Shown here: piece by piece, positions 29,524 through 38,456 of the stretch
How positions within the stretch are numbered: the stretch's first letter is position 1
Layout: every line of letters starts with the position of its first letter
Source: an uncultured Candidatus Saccharibacteria bacterium
GTDB lineage: Bacteria > Patescibacteriota > Minisyncoccia > Portnoybacterales > UBA2143
Assembly (NCBI GenBank): GCA_964596615.1
Contig: CAZQUN010000001.1
Coordinates: 1,750-65,749, forward strand
Direction: 5' to 3'
DNA length: 64,000 nucleotides
Translations under genes and position numbers: made by a program
Notes under the pieces: model-generated
What the model was told of the DNA's origin: nothing
Seen by the model: the letters and a program-made list of their open reading frames with translations, nothing else
The model's database searches: none

Positions 29524-31179
29524 TTAAGATTTTTCTTCTTTTGATTCCTGATCTGGTCCGATAACTTCCTTTAATTCCTCTCTTAATTCCCCGAGATTAA
29601 CTTCTTTTCTTTCTTTTTTAGGATGAAATGACTGAGCTTCTTGTTTTATTGCTTCTCCTAAAGAAATTTTTTCTTCTGGAGATTGAGCGGTTTTTGGTTC
29701 TTTGGTAATAATAGAAGAGTCTTTGTCTTCTTTTTCTTGTCTAACTTTTTCTAAACACTCCGGACAATAGACCGGTCTAACATTATCTGGTTCAAATTTA
29801 ACTTTTGTTTTTTTACTACACTCAGAACAGACCGCATCATGCAAGGGTTGCCTGGTTTGACTGGCTTTTTTTTCTGTTTCAATTACCTTGCTAACACCGC
29901 TCCATTTAGTAATCTTTTCTTCAACTTCTCTCTGTGAATTGGCATATCTCTCCCTTGAAACATTTACTATTTTCTCCCTCTGGTCAGTAGAGCCAATATC
30001 TATTGGCGGCAGGGTTTTGGCAGAGAAAGGCCGACGATTAACACCATCAATCATTAATCGCAGATAGACACAATAGTTTTCCAGATTAACCAGGTCCTGG
30101 ATATTGAATTCCGGAGAAAATTCTTTCTCCAAGAATTCAGCGTCAGCGGCGCCAACCCGAAACGAAATTAAAGTGCCAACATTGCCAAAAACCGCATCCC
30201 TAACCTTGGTTGTTTGTTCATCTACCAGTTGGCCAATATATTGATGGGCAATAACCAGATTAAGACGATATTTCCTGGCTTCGGATAGAACTCCGGCAAA
30301 AGAATCAGTAGCAAAATTCTGAAACTCGTCAACATACAAATAGAAATCCTTTCTTTGATCTTCCGGAATACGAACTCTTTCCATGGCGGCTAATTGAATT
30401 TTTGTAATGAGCATTGCTCCTAAAAGAGCAGAATTATCTTCTCCGACTCTTCCCTTGGAAACATTGACCAAAAGAATTTTCTTGTCGTCCATAATTTCAG
30501 GAATCCTGATTGTGCTCTTTGACTGGCCAACAATATTACGAATCAGTCCGGTTGAGAGGAATTGCCCAACTTTGTTCTGAATTGGAGCAATGGCTTCATT
30601 CCTGAATTGGTCCCGCCAACTGGCATATTCATTAATCCAAAAGGCCCGGACAACCGGATCTTTAACATTATCAATAATTTTCTGGCGGTAATCCTTGTCA
30701 ACCAGGATCCTTAAAATCCCCAAAAGAGTTGTTCCCTCGGTGTCCAAAAGAGCCAAGACACAGTTATTTAAAATATATTCCATTCGGGCTGACCAGACAT
30801 TAGCCCACATTTTAGTAAAAATACCCATTAGATCAGAAGCGACCAGGTGTTTGTATTTCGGGTCAACAACTTCCAAAACATTAAAGCCAATTGGATATTC
30901 AGTGTCAGCCGGGTTGAAATAGACGACGTCGTTGACCCGATGAGAAGGAATTTTATCAACAACTTCTTCAACAAATTCTCCGTGCGGGTCAACAATACAA
31001 ACCCCATGGCCGTTCTGAATATCCTGAAGGGCCATATTTTTAAGAAGAACGGTTTTACCAACACCGGTCTTACCAATAATATACATGTGCTGGCGTCGGT
31101 CATTCTTCTTAATGCCAAAAGTCTTATCTTCTCCTCGAAAATTAGTCTTGGCAAAAAATGTAATATTATTCTCTTCCAT
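29524..31179 (-). CDS. VirD4/TraD/HerA-like ATPase with C-terminal CxxC-x17-CxxC domain
   Basis: Walker A GKTGVGKT, DPHGE, Walker B YVDEFQNF, SEARKY, AHQY; CSEC-17aa-CPEC. Confidence 0.85.
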   Translation of the reverse strand: MEENNITFFAKTNFRGEDKTFGIKKNDRRQHMYIIGKTGVGKTVLLKNMALQDIQNGHGVCIVDPHGEFVEEVVDKIPSHRVNDVVYFNPADTEYPIGFNVLEVVDPKYKHLVASDLMGIFTKMWANVWSARMEYILNNCVLALLDTEGTTLLGILRILVDKDYRQKIIDNVKDPVVRAFWINEYASWRDQFRNEAIAPIQNKVGQFLSTGLIRNIVGQSKSTIRIPEIMDDKKILLVNVSKGRVGEDNSALLGAMLITKIQLAAMERVRIPEDQRKDFYLYVDEFQNFATDSFAGVLSEARKYRLNLVIAHQYIGQLVDEQTTKVRDAVFGNVGTLISFRVGAADAEFLEKEFSPEFNIQDLVNLENYCVYLRLMIDGVNRRPFSAKTLPPIDIGSTDQREKIVNVSRERYANSQREVEEKITKWSGVSKVIETEKKASQTRQPLHDAVCSECSKKTKVKFEPDNVRPVYCPECLEKVRQEKEDKDSSIITKEPKTAQSPEEKISLGEAIKQEAQSFHPKKERKEVNLGELREELKEVIGPDQESKEEKS

Positions 31180-31180
31180 A

Positions 31181-32560
31181 TTATTCTACAGGTAAATCAA
31201 TTGGCGCTTCACGCTTTCTAGCTTCAACTTTGGGCGCTAACGGCGCTTTAACTGTTTCAATTGGGAAATGATAAATTGTTGCTAATTCTTCAACATTAAA
31301 TGTAAAGGGTTTACTTCTCATAAAAATCCATTTTAGAATCGGCAAACGCTCAAAAAGATGGGGTCTTAGATAAGGGATATTATCCGAATGTTGGACAAAG
31401 TCCCTTTTTTTGTAATCAGCAAAAACTCTTCTGGCCCGATAACTTTCCCTTGGTCCTTTTATTTGAAGCCGGTAATCAATAAAATCGGTTGAGATTTTTG
31501 CGCTGGGCTTAAATCCATTAAGACCCTGGATAGTGAATTGCTTAAAAGAACCAATAACCGTATTGACATTAGGTCTTTGATAGACATCCCTGTCAGCCAG
31601 GTAAATAAATCGGATAATTGTATCAAAGCCAAGTTTAGAAATATTTCTTTCTATGGCGCTAATAGTCTCTTGTTCTCCTTTGGTTGTTGTCCACAAAAAT
31701 GGGGTATCCGTCTTTCCATCCTCCCCGGCTGGAGATTCAAGCGGTTTGCCGGTAACCAATTGATGACCAACCGACTTGGAAGCGTCTTTCCAGGCGACGG
31801 CCTCTTTTTTTACCTCGCCCTGATTTTTTTCTACCTTACGGCCAACTAGTTTATCCCTTAATTCTTCCCCTTTCTTTTGCCAAGTATCGTCAACCGGCCG
31901 GACTAATGTTTGAATCCAAATTTGTTCCCTTGGTCCCATTTTAGACATAATCTCCATTAAAGAAGCGATTGGGTCAATCCGTTGCTCTTCTGAACTAGCT
32001 TCCTTTTCAAATTCAAAGTAGGTTCTAATCGGATAGGCATCTTCTTTGAGTAAAATAAATTCCGTTCCCCAAAGAGTGCGATTTTCATCTGGAAGATCAT
32101 CCGGAACAGAATCAACGTAATCTGCTACCTGGCTAATTTCTGCTTCGGGATACTGGGCGTAAATATTGGACTCAATTAAATTACGAAGTCCAGAGACAGT
32201 TCTGATATAGAAATGGATTTCTCCGCCCAAACTGACCATTTCCATACTAAACCACCTTTGAACTTCTCCTAAAATATTCCTTTCCCACCAGTTTTTCCCG
32301 CCCTGAGCGCCATGTAAGGAACAAAAAAACTGCTCCATAGCCTGAGCGGTCTTTTTAATGTCTTGGGGCGGGATGACTTCTAAAAGAATCCAATCCATTT
32401 CATTGATATAGAGATTTCTTTTCCATCTCAGCCAAAAACCTTTGGTTAAATAAAATAGAAGCAAAGGAAGCCAAATCCACCAAAAGGATAACAAAAACCC
32501 TCCAATAAACAACAGGACACTAATAAGAAGTGAAAAAATTTGAATCAAAAAAGATAGCAT
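31181..32560 (-). CDS. Membrane-anchored protein co-transcribed with the VirD4-like ATPase
   Basis: N-terminal TMs; AMEQFF, YAQYPEAEI, YPIRTY, EELATIYHFP. Confidence 0.7.
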   Translation of the reverse strand: MLSFLIQIFSLLISVLLFIGGFLLSFWWIWLPLLLFYLTKGFWLRWKRNLYINEMDWILLEVIPPQDIKKTAQAMEQFFCSLHGAQGGKNWWERNILGEVQRWFSMEMVSLGGEIHFYIRTVSGLRNLIESNIYAQYPEAEISQVADYVDSVPDDLPDENRTLWGTEFILLKEDAYPIRTYFEFEKEASSEEQRIDPIASLMEIMSKMGPREQIWIQTLVRPVDDTWQKKGEELRDKLVGRKVEKNQGEVKKEAVAWKDASKSVGHQLVTGKPLESPAGEDGKTDTPFLWTTTKGEQETISAIERNISKLGFDTIIRFIYLADRDVYQRPNVNTVIGSFKQFTIQGLNGFKPSAKISTDFIDYRLQIKGPRESYRARRVFADYKKRDFVQHSDNIPYLRPHLFERLPILKWIFMRSKPFTFNVEELATIYHFPIETVKAPLAPKVEARKREAPIDLPVE

Positions 32561-32634
32561 TGATAATTTAATATTACCAAAATTAGAGAATAAGCGCCAG
32601 TAACTAATTTTTAAAAAACAGGTTTAAGTTTACC

Positions 32635-33675
32635 CTATTTTCCAATTAAAACATATTTGCCATCTGAACTCTTGGCAAAATATTTCTTGTTCTGAAGATT
32701 AATTAAAACAGTATTGGTTTTAGCCATTCGGGATTCCAAAACTTTTCCAAGAATTTCTTCCTTGGCCATTGGACCATTTTCTTTTAGGGTCTGGATAATG
32801 ACATCCTTGATTGTCCCGGGCTGATAACCCCATTCTTTAAGAGCGTAAGTCCCCCGGCCAACCAGAATAAAGCGGGGATCTTTAATTAACTCATTATGAA
32901 CGGTCTGGGATTGAGCCAGATTAGAACCAAGATTAGCAACATTAATTAAATCAGAAACTTCTCTGAAATGCAGAGGGCGACCCTGTTCTTTAAGAACGAT
33001 GTAGGCTTTGTCTTTAGCGCCTCGAGGATTAATTTCTGGCCACTTGGAAAGGCCGAAGTAGCCAAAATTATTCTGGCTGATTTGTTTGGTCGCATCAAGA
33101 TAGGAATCCAAAGTCCTCTTATTAATCTTCTTATTCAATTCTTTGGAATAATCCAGAATCTGACTTGAAGAAATTACCTTTTCTCCGTTCTCAATCTTTT
33201 TAACCAAAAAATTAACTAATTTATCAGCCTGATTCAAGGCATCTTTTGAATTAGCCCAAAGAGGATAAAATTTATCTGACTCAACAAAGCGCTGGTAGGG
33301 CTGGCCCAGAGTCAAAGCAAAGTAGACCGCTCCTCTGGCCGGATGAGAAGAATCAGTTCCTGTTAAAGAGGAAAGTAATCTTTCTTCCCTGGCAACTCCG
33401 CCTTCCTGGTTTAAGAAATTATCAACAAAAGAAAAACTTGGCTTTAAAGCATTAATTGATTCTGATCTTTTCAAATCCGAAAAAGCGACTTCTTCTATTT
33501 GACGAACCCGCTCTCTGGTAATGCCATATTTTTGCCCAATCTCTTCTAAGGTCTTTCTTTGTCCGTCTTTAAGACCAAAGCGAAGGGAAATAATATCGCG
33601 TGTTCTTTGGTTTGAAACATTTTTAAGCGCTTCAGAAACCATTTTTTCGTAACTTGTCAGAGTTGTTTTACTCAT
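32635..33675 (-). CDS. Sigma-70 region 4 + HARE-HTH (RNAP delta-like) DNA-binding protein
   Basis: RFGL...TLEEIGQKYGITRERVRQIE; C-terminal PLHFREV, VHNELIKDPRFILVGRGTYALKEWG. Confidence 0.8.
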   Translation of the reverse strand: MSKTTLTSYEKMVSEALKNVSNQRTRDIISLRFGLKDGQRKTLEEIGQKYGITRERVRQIEEVAFSDLKRSESINALKPSFSFVDNFLNQEGGVAREERLLSSLTGTDSSHPARGAVYFALTLGQPYQRFVESDKFYPLWANSKDALNQADKLVNFLVKKIENGEKVISSSQILDYSKELNKKINKRTLDSYLDATKQISQNNFGYFGLSKWPEINPRGAKDKAYIVLKEQGRPLHFREVSDLINVANLGSNLAQSQTVHNELIKDPRFILVGRGTYALKEWGYQPGTIKDVIIQTLKENGPMAKEEILGKVLESRMAKTNTVLINLQNKKYFAKSSDGKYVLIGK

Positions 33676-33715
33676 CACAAAAAAGTTTAACACAATATTT
33701 TTTTCTAGTCAACCC

Positions 33716-34600
33716 CTATTCCCTGTATCTTCTTCCCTGCCATAAAACAATCAAAGGGCTGGTAATGAAGATTGAGGAGTAGGTACCAATAATTATTCCG
33801 ATAATTAGAGCAAGAGAAAAGTATTTAATCGTTTCTCCGCCTAAAAGGAATATCGCCAAGAGAACGAAAAGGGTTGTCAGGGCGGTATTAAGACATCGGC
33901 TAATGCTCTGGTTAATGCTTAAATTAATCGTCTCAGTAAAATCTTTCCAATCGGTCTTTAAAAGGTTCTCTCTCGCCCGGTCAAAGATAACAATACTGTT
34001 ATTAACAGAATAACCCAAAATAGTCAAGAAGGCGGCGACCAAAGGCAGTCCAATTTCAATTTGTTTGATTTCTCCCAGAATTGAGAAAAAGCCGAGGGTA
34101 ATGAAAACATCATGGAATAAAGCAGCAATGGCGACCAGGCCGTACTGCCAGGAAGCAACCGGCTTGGAAACTTTTCTAAAGGCCCAGGCAATATAGATAA
34201 TGATGGCCAAAAGAGCCAAGCCAATTGCCCAAAGAGCTTTTCTTTTCAATTCAGAACCAATAACCGGACCAATTGATTCAAATCTTTCTTCTTCAACCGG
34301 ATTAATCTTTGAAAGAATTTCCTGATGAGTTGCCTCGTCAAGATTTTTTAATCTTAAAATTAATCCATTTTCTCCGGTTGGCTGTAAATTAATTTGTCCT
34401 AAATCCAAATCGTTTAGCTTTTCCTTAATCTGATCATTGGACGGCCTTCCTTCCATAAATTCAACTTCAATTAGACTGCCGCCGGTAAAATCAATTCCTA
34501 ATCTTAATCCAAAAAATATTAAACTCAATAGGCTTCCCAAGATTAAAAGGAGCGAAAATGAAAGATATATTTTTCTGCGTTTAATAATTTCTATTGCCAT
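33716..34600 (-). CDS. secF: Protein translocase subunit SecF
   Basis: LGIDFTGG, IGPVIGSEL, HDV, GYSVNNSIVIFDRARE. Confidence 0.95.
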   Translation of the reverse strand: MAIEIIKRRKIYLSFSLLLILGSLLSLIFFGLRLGIDFTGGSLIEVEFMEGRPSNDQIKEKLNDLDLGQINLQPTGENGLILRLKNLDEATHQEILSKINPVEEERFESIGPVIGSELKRKALWAIGLALLAIIIYIAWAFRKVSKPVASWQYGLVAIAALFHDVFITLGFFSILGEIKQIEIGLPLVAAFLTILGYSVNNSIVIFDRARENLLKTDWKDFTETINLSINQSISRCLNTALTTLFVLLAIFLLGGETIKYFSLALIIGIIIGTYSSIFITSPLIVLWQGRRYRE

Positions 34601-36033
34601 ATTTTTCTAACTTCTTCAAATTTAGTCCCAACAAAAACCTTTAAAAAATTCTTAGTGATAACAATAGCAGAGAACATACTCAAAAGAACACCGATTCCCA
34701 GAGTTAGGGCAAATCCTTTAACCAGCCCGGTAGCAAAGATGTAGAGGATCAAGCTGGTAATAATAGTTGAGATGTTGCCGTCGCGAATTGCCGGCCAGGC
34801 CCTTAAAAACCCTTCGTCAATACTACCAGCTAAACTTTTGCCCGATCGAAATTCTTCTTTGAATCTTTCAAAAATTAAAATATTGGCGTCAACCGCCATA
34901 CCAATTGAAAGAATAAAACCGGCAATCCCAGCCAGGGTTAATGTTACCGGAATCAATTTAAAAATAGCCAGAATTAAAACAACATAAACAATTAAAGCCA
35001 AGCTAGCCATTAAACCAGGCAAGCGGTAATAGACAATCATAAAAAGCAGAACAGCGATAAATCCCCAGAGAGCAGCCTGAAGGGATTTGTCCAAAGAAAT
35101 TCTTCCCAAACTAGCTCCGATTGTCTGCTGATTAATCAGATTAATTGGAACAGGCAAAGCGCCGGCATTAAGACGCTGGGCCAGTTCTTTGGCCTCGGCT
35201 AAATTAAAACTGCCTGTAATTTCAGCTTTGCCGCCGGAGATTGCTTCCTGGACAACCGGAACACTAATTGGTGCTCCGTCTAAATAGATTGCTATTCGTT
35301 TGCCAATATTATCTCCGGTTAATTCTTCAAAGATTTTGCCGCCCTCATCATCAAATTCCAGACCAACATGAGCCTGGCCGGTTGTCTGATCAAACTGAAG
35401 CTGAGACCCTTTTAAGAATCTTCCGGTTAATTGAGTTGTTTCAAAAAATGGATCTTGGAGTAAAATTCCTTCTTCTTTTAAGTTTATTTCTTCGCCTCTT
35501 TCCATTTTTTCTCTAATCTCTGTTTGTTTATTTAAAATACCCTCTGCTTCTTCCTGGGATTTCTCTGTTCTGAAATCCAGAGAAGGCGTCTGGCCAATCA
35601 TTTCAATTGCCTGAGAAACATCCTTTATTCCAGCCAATTCAACAATTAAACGATAACTTTCCCCAACCTTATTAACCTGAACAACCGGTTCTGAAACGCC
35701 AAAAAGATTAACCCGCCTTTCAATCACATCCCTGACTCCTTGCATTGAAGCAGAATAATCTTCTGAAGGAATACTGGATAAATCGGCCTCGTAAATTAAA
35801 TGTGTCCCGCCCTGTAAATCAAGGCCCAATTTAAAGGGTCGGTTAAAGAAATTAGGCAGTATCTTTGTTCCGACATATTTATTAACCCAATTAGCTGGTT
35901 TATCCCATAAAGCCGGGGCATCAAAAAAAGCCGCTAAAAGAGCGACGAGGAGGATAAGAAAAATAGCCCCAAGGACTTTTCTGTTTCTTTTGCCTCTTAT
36001 CGGCTTATCTGTCTTTTTTCTAAAAATTCCCAT
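34591..36033 (-). CDS. secD: Protein translocase subunit SecD
   Basis: LGLDLQGG, RRVNLFGVSEP, LNAGALP, GMAVDANILIFER. Confidence 0.96.
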   Translation of the reverse strand: MGIFRKKTDKPIRGKRNRKVLGAIFLILLVALLAAFFDAPALWDKPANWVNKYVGTKILPNFFNRPFKLGLDLQGGTHLIYEADLSSIPSEDYSASMQGVRDVIERRVNLFGVSEPVVQVNKVGESYRLIVELAGIKDVSQAIEMIGQTPSLDFRTEKSQEEAEGILNKQTEIREKMERGEEINLKEEGILLQDPFFETTQLTGRFLKGSQLQFDQTTGQAHVGLEFDDEGGKIFEELTGDNIGKRIAIYLDGAPISVPVVQEAISGGKAEITGSFNLAEAKELAQRLNAGALPVPINLINQQTIGASLGRISLDKSLQAALWGFIAVLLFMIVYYRLPGLMASLALIVYVVLILAIFKLIPVTLTLAGIAGFILSIGMAVDANILIFERFKEEFRSGKSLAGSIDEGFLRAWPAIRDGNISTIITSLILYIFATGLVKGFALTLGIGVLLSMFSAIVITKNFLKVFVGTKFEEVRKIWQ

Positions 36034-36054
36034 AATCTTAAACTAACTCATTTA

Positions 36055-36117
36055 TTCATTTTTGTCAAAGAATCTGCTTTCTTTCTTGACAAATTATGTT
36101 CTGTATGATATAATTAT
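36055..36117 (+). repeat. 63-bp exact direct repeat, copy 1 (contains TTGACA-17-TATAAT promoter)
   Basis: TTCATTTTTGTCAAAGAATCTGCTTTCTTTCTTGACAAATTATGTTCTGTATGATATAATTAT is identical to 36641-36703. Confidence 0.95.
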
Positions 36118-36177
36118 GGTATACTATTTCAATGTTCTTAACTTTTTAACCCTAAAATCAGAAAGAGGAGGATTGAA

Positions 36178-36567
36178 ATGAAAAAAGTTCTTTTTATCAG
36201 TTTGGGTATCGCCCTGGTTCTGACCGTTGTTTCCGTTGCTGTAACAGAGGAAGAGGAAACAGCTTCTTCTTTAATTTTTATTATTGAGGGTGCTGAGCTC
36301 TCAGGAGTAGATAAACAGAACACCGTTGATTGGATAACGTCCGGACATAACATATACCCAAAACTTATTAAATTGGTCCGGATCCAGGTTGACTACCTGG
36401 TCCGCGTAAAAATCGTGGACCATGACGGCAAAGAATACTCCGTCCGGCAAATCTGGTCAAGTAGTGTCCCGGTGGCAAACGCAACCCTTTCAGCTGTCGT
36501 CGACACTTTGGTGAAACGAAATGAGGAGTTGAGCCAGATCGTCACCGGAAGTGGCGGAATGCACTAA
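36178..36567 (+). CDS. Secreted hypothetical protein (cassette A)
   Basis: AGGAGG SD; signal peptide MKKVLFISLGIALVLTVVSVA. Confidence 0.7.
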   Translation: MKKVLFISLGIALVLTVVSVAVTEEEETASSLIFIIEGAELSGVDKQNTVDWITSGHNIYPKLIKLVRIQVDYLVRVKIVDHDGKEYSVRQIWSSSVPVANATLSAVVDTLVKRNEELSQIVTGSGGMH

Positions 36568-36578
36568 TGCACCCGCTC

Positions 36579-36624
36579 CAAAACAACAAGGCCTGTTCAA
36601 AAAGCCGACAGGTCTTGTTTTTTT
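36579..36624 (+). terminator. Intrinsic terminator of cassette A
   Basis: AACAAGGCCTGTT...GACAGGTCTTGTT followed by a T run. Confidence 0.7.
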
Positions 36625-36640
36625 ATAAAAATAATTTCTT

Positions 36641-36703
36641 TTCATTTTTGTCAAAGAATCTGCTTTCTTTCTTGACAAATTATGTTCTGTATGATATAAT
36701 TAT
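36641..36703 (+). repeat. 63-bp exact direct repeat, copy 2 (promoter)
   Basis: Identical to 36055-36117. Confidence 0.95.
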
Positions 36704-36755
36704 AGCAAGTTATTTTAACAATTTTAACCCTAAAACAAGCAAGAAGGAGGATGAA

Positions 36756-37454
36756 ATGAGAACAAAAGGATTAGTTTTAGTCGTAGTCGCCCTGGTTGTT
36801 GTTGGATGTGTGTCTAACAAGCAGATCCGGACCGAGCCCGAGTTGGTGGCTCGGATTGATGTTAATAACAAGTGGCAGAATGTCATAGGGTTTGGGCCAG
36901 TTGGTGTCCATTACAAGCAAAAGTTCCTAGGAATTGCCTCTTGGAAGAACGGAAAGATAAATGTACAAAGAACTAAGGGCATTGTACGTTCGACCCTTAG
37001 TAAAAATATTGTGTATTTATCACTCCCGGAAGACGACCCGGAAATAGGGCGATTGCGGATCAGAGTTGAATACAAGCAGGGAAATCTTTGGTTCCGACTT
37101 GGCCCATATCATATTTTTCTCGAAAGCTGGGAAAGAGAAGTCCGTAATGGTTCGGCTGTAGAGCTGATCGTCGGTGAGACTTATTTTCTACCGGGTCTGG
37201 GCTACAAAATCCGGAGAACAAACAAGATCTTCTACGACAAAGAAGGAGCTTATGACAAGGACATAGAAATACACGACGGCTTTTCTTGGAGGCCTATCCC
37301 TGACTATATCGGTAAATACGGCGCTTACTTCATCGGCCATTACACGTGGACACTGGGGATCGCGGGCATGGATCTGAACAAGGATAAGAAAGAGGATGTT
37401 GCCAGGGTTTTCCTCTTTAGAGCAGATCCATCCCTGGAACAAAAATTACGGTAG
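36756..37454 (+). CDS. Putative lipoprotein (cassette B)
   Basis: AAGGAGG SD before ATG at 36756; MRTKGLVLVVVALVVVG-C lipobox-like signal. Confidence 0.7.
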   Translation: MRTKGLVLVVVALVVVGCVSNKQIRTEPELVARIDVNNKWQNVIGFGPVGVHYKQKFLGIASWKNGKINVQRTKGIVRSTLSKNIVYLSLPEDDPEIGRLRIRVEYKQGNLWFRLGPYHIFLESWEREVRNGSAVELIVGETYFLPGLGYKIRRTNKIFYDKEGAYDKDIEIHDGFSWRPIPDYIGKYGAYFIGHYTWTLGIAGMDLNKDKKEDVARVFLFRADPSLEQKLR

Positions 37455-37466
37455 TCAAACAAGAAG

Positions 37467-37504
37467 CAAAACAACAAGGCCCGTTCAACACGAACGGGTC
37501 TTTT
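37467..37504 (+). terminator. Intrinsic terminator of cassette B
   Basis: AAGGCCCGTTC-AACAC-GAACGGGTCTT followed by T; first 22 bp match the cassette A terminator at 21 positions. Confidence 0.7.
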
Positions 37505-37843
37505 CTATTCCGTAAAAACTTTCTCTTTTTTTAGTTCTTCTAAAATATCTTCCGGAATAGGGATTTCCTGGCCAATTGGACTAATTCCCGGGTAGCGCCA
37601 GGCAGAAATCATTTTCTTTTTTTTATTTACCTGTTGATACATCAACCAAATTTCACTTGGTTTTTTTGTTCCGGCAGGCTGCATCAAAGCAATTGTTTCC
37701 GGAGCAATTCCCTCTTCCTTTCTTTTGAAACTTTTCAAAACCCGGCGAAGCCGTCCTTCACCCAAACCATAATAGCGCATCTTTCTTTTAATATGATTAG
37801 TCCAGTAAAATTCTTTTGTATTCTCGGGCTCTTTGTAAAACAT
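37505..37843 (-). CDS. Hypothetical protein (DUF4258/RelE-like pattern)
   Basis: WTNHIKRKMRYYGL...RRVL, ISAWRYPG. Confidence 0.6.
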   Translation of the reverse strand: MFYKEPENTKEFYWTNHIKRKMRYYGLGEGRLRRVLKSFKRKEEGIAPETIALMQPAGTKKPSEIWLMYQQVNKKKKMISAWRYPGISPIGQEIPIPEDILEELKKEKVFTE

Positions 37844-37846
37844 AGG

Positions 37847-38425
37847 TTAATTCCGTAAGGTCTTTTTGATACATCTTCTTATCGACAATAATCTCTTTTT
37901 TTCGAAATCGGGATGGTCTTTAAACCACTTTATATTGACCGGCGAGGGATGAGGTAAGACAAATGTTCGCGTTTTATTTAATTCCTGGTCAGCAAAAATT
38001 AGGTCTGTAAATGCCTGTTTGGGAAAGAAAAATTCTGCAGCAATCCTTCCAACCACAAGGTATAACCGAGGGTTTAAATAAGATATCTCTCGCCTGAGCC
38101 AACGGTTTGCCAAATGAAATGACGGTTTTTTATCTCCGCCCTTTTTGTCTTTGCCGGGAAAATACATACCGACTGCCGTAAAATAGAAATTATCAGGATT
38201 ATAGAATGCTTCATCAGAAACTCTATACCACTCGCTCCTTAATCTCTTGCCGCTTTTATCTGAAAAAGGTTTTTGATTCTTGATTGCAGACATTGAAGGA
38301 GCTTGGCTTATTGAAACAATCTTGGCTTCTTGGTTGCCCCAAAAAGAACCAGCCAATTGCCCGAATTCTTTTTTAAAAGACAATCTCATTTTATTTCTAA
38401 ATTTAACAAATTCCCTATTTCCCAT
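37847..38425 (-). CDS. Uracil-DNA glycosylase superfamily protein
   Basis: ISQAPS, FSDKSGKRLR, YFPGK...GGD, LPHPSPVN. Confidence 0.85.
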   Translation of the reverse strand: MGNREFVKFRNKMRLSFKKEFGQLAGSFWGNQEAKIVSISQAPSMSAIKNQKPFSDKSGKRLRSEWYRVSDEAFYNPDNFYFTAVGMYFPGKDKKGGDKKPSFHLANRWLRREISYLNPRLYLVVGRIAAEFFFPKQAFTDLIFADQELNKTRTFVLPHPSPVNIKWFKDHPDFEKKRLLSIRRCIKKTLRN

Positions 38426-38456
38426 GGTATTTTTGACATTTTTTATCTAAACCACA

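Noticed and set aside
36055-36703. 63-bp repeat as a CRISPR array or IS end
   Set aside because: Only two direct copies 586 bp apart; no cas genes, transposase or terminal inverted repeats.
36567-36755. N-terminal 63 codons of the 295-aa ORF in the track
   Set aside because: They span a terminator and a promoter; the SD and signal peptide point to a start at 36756.
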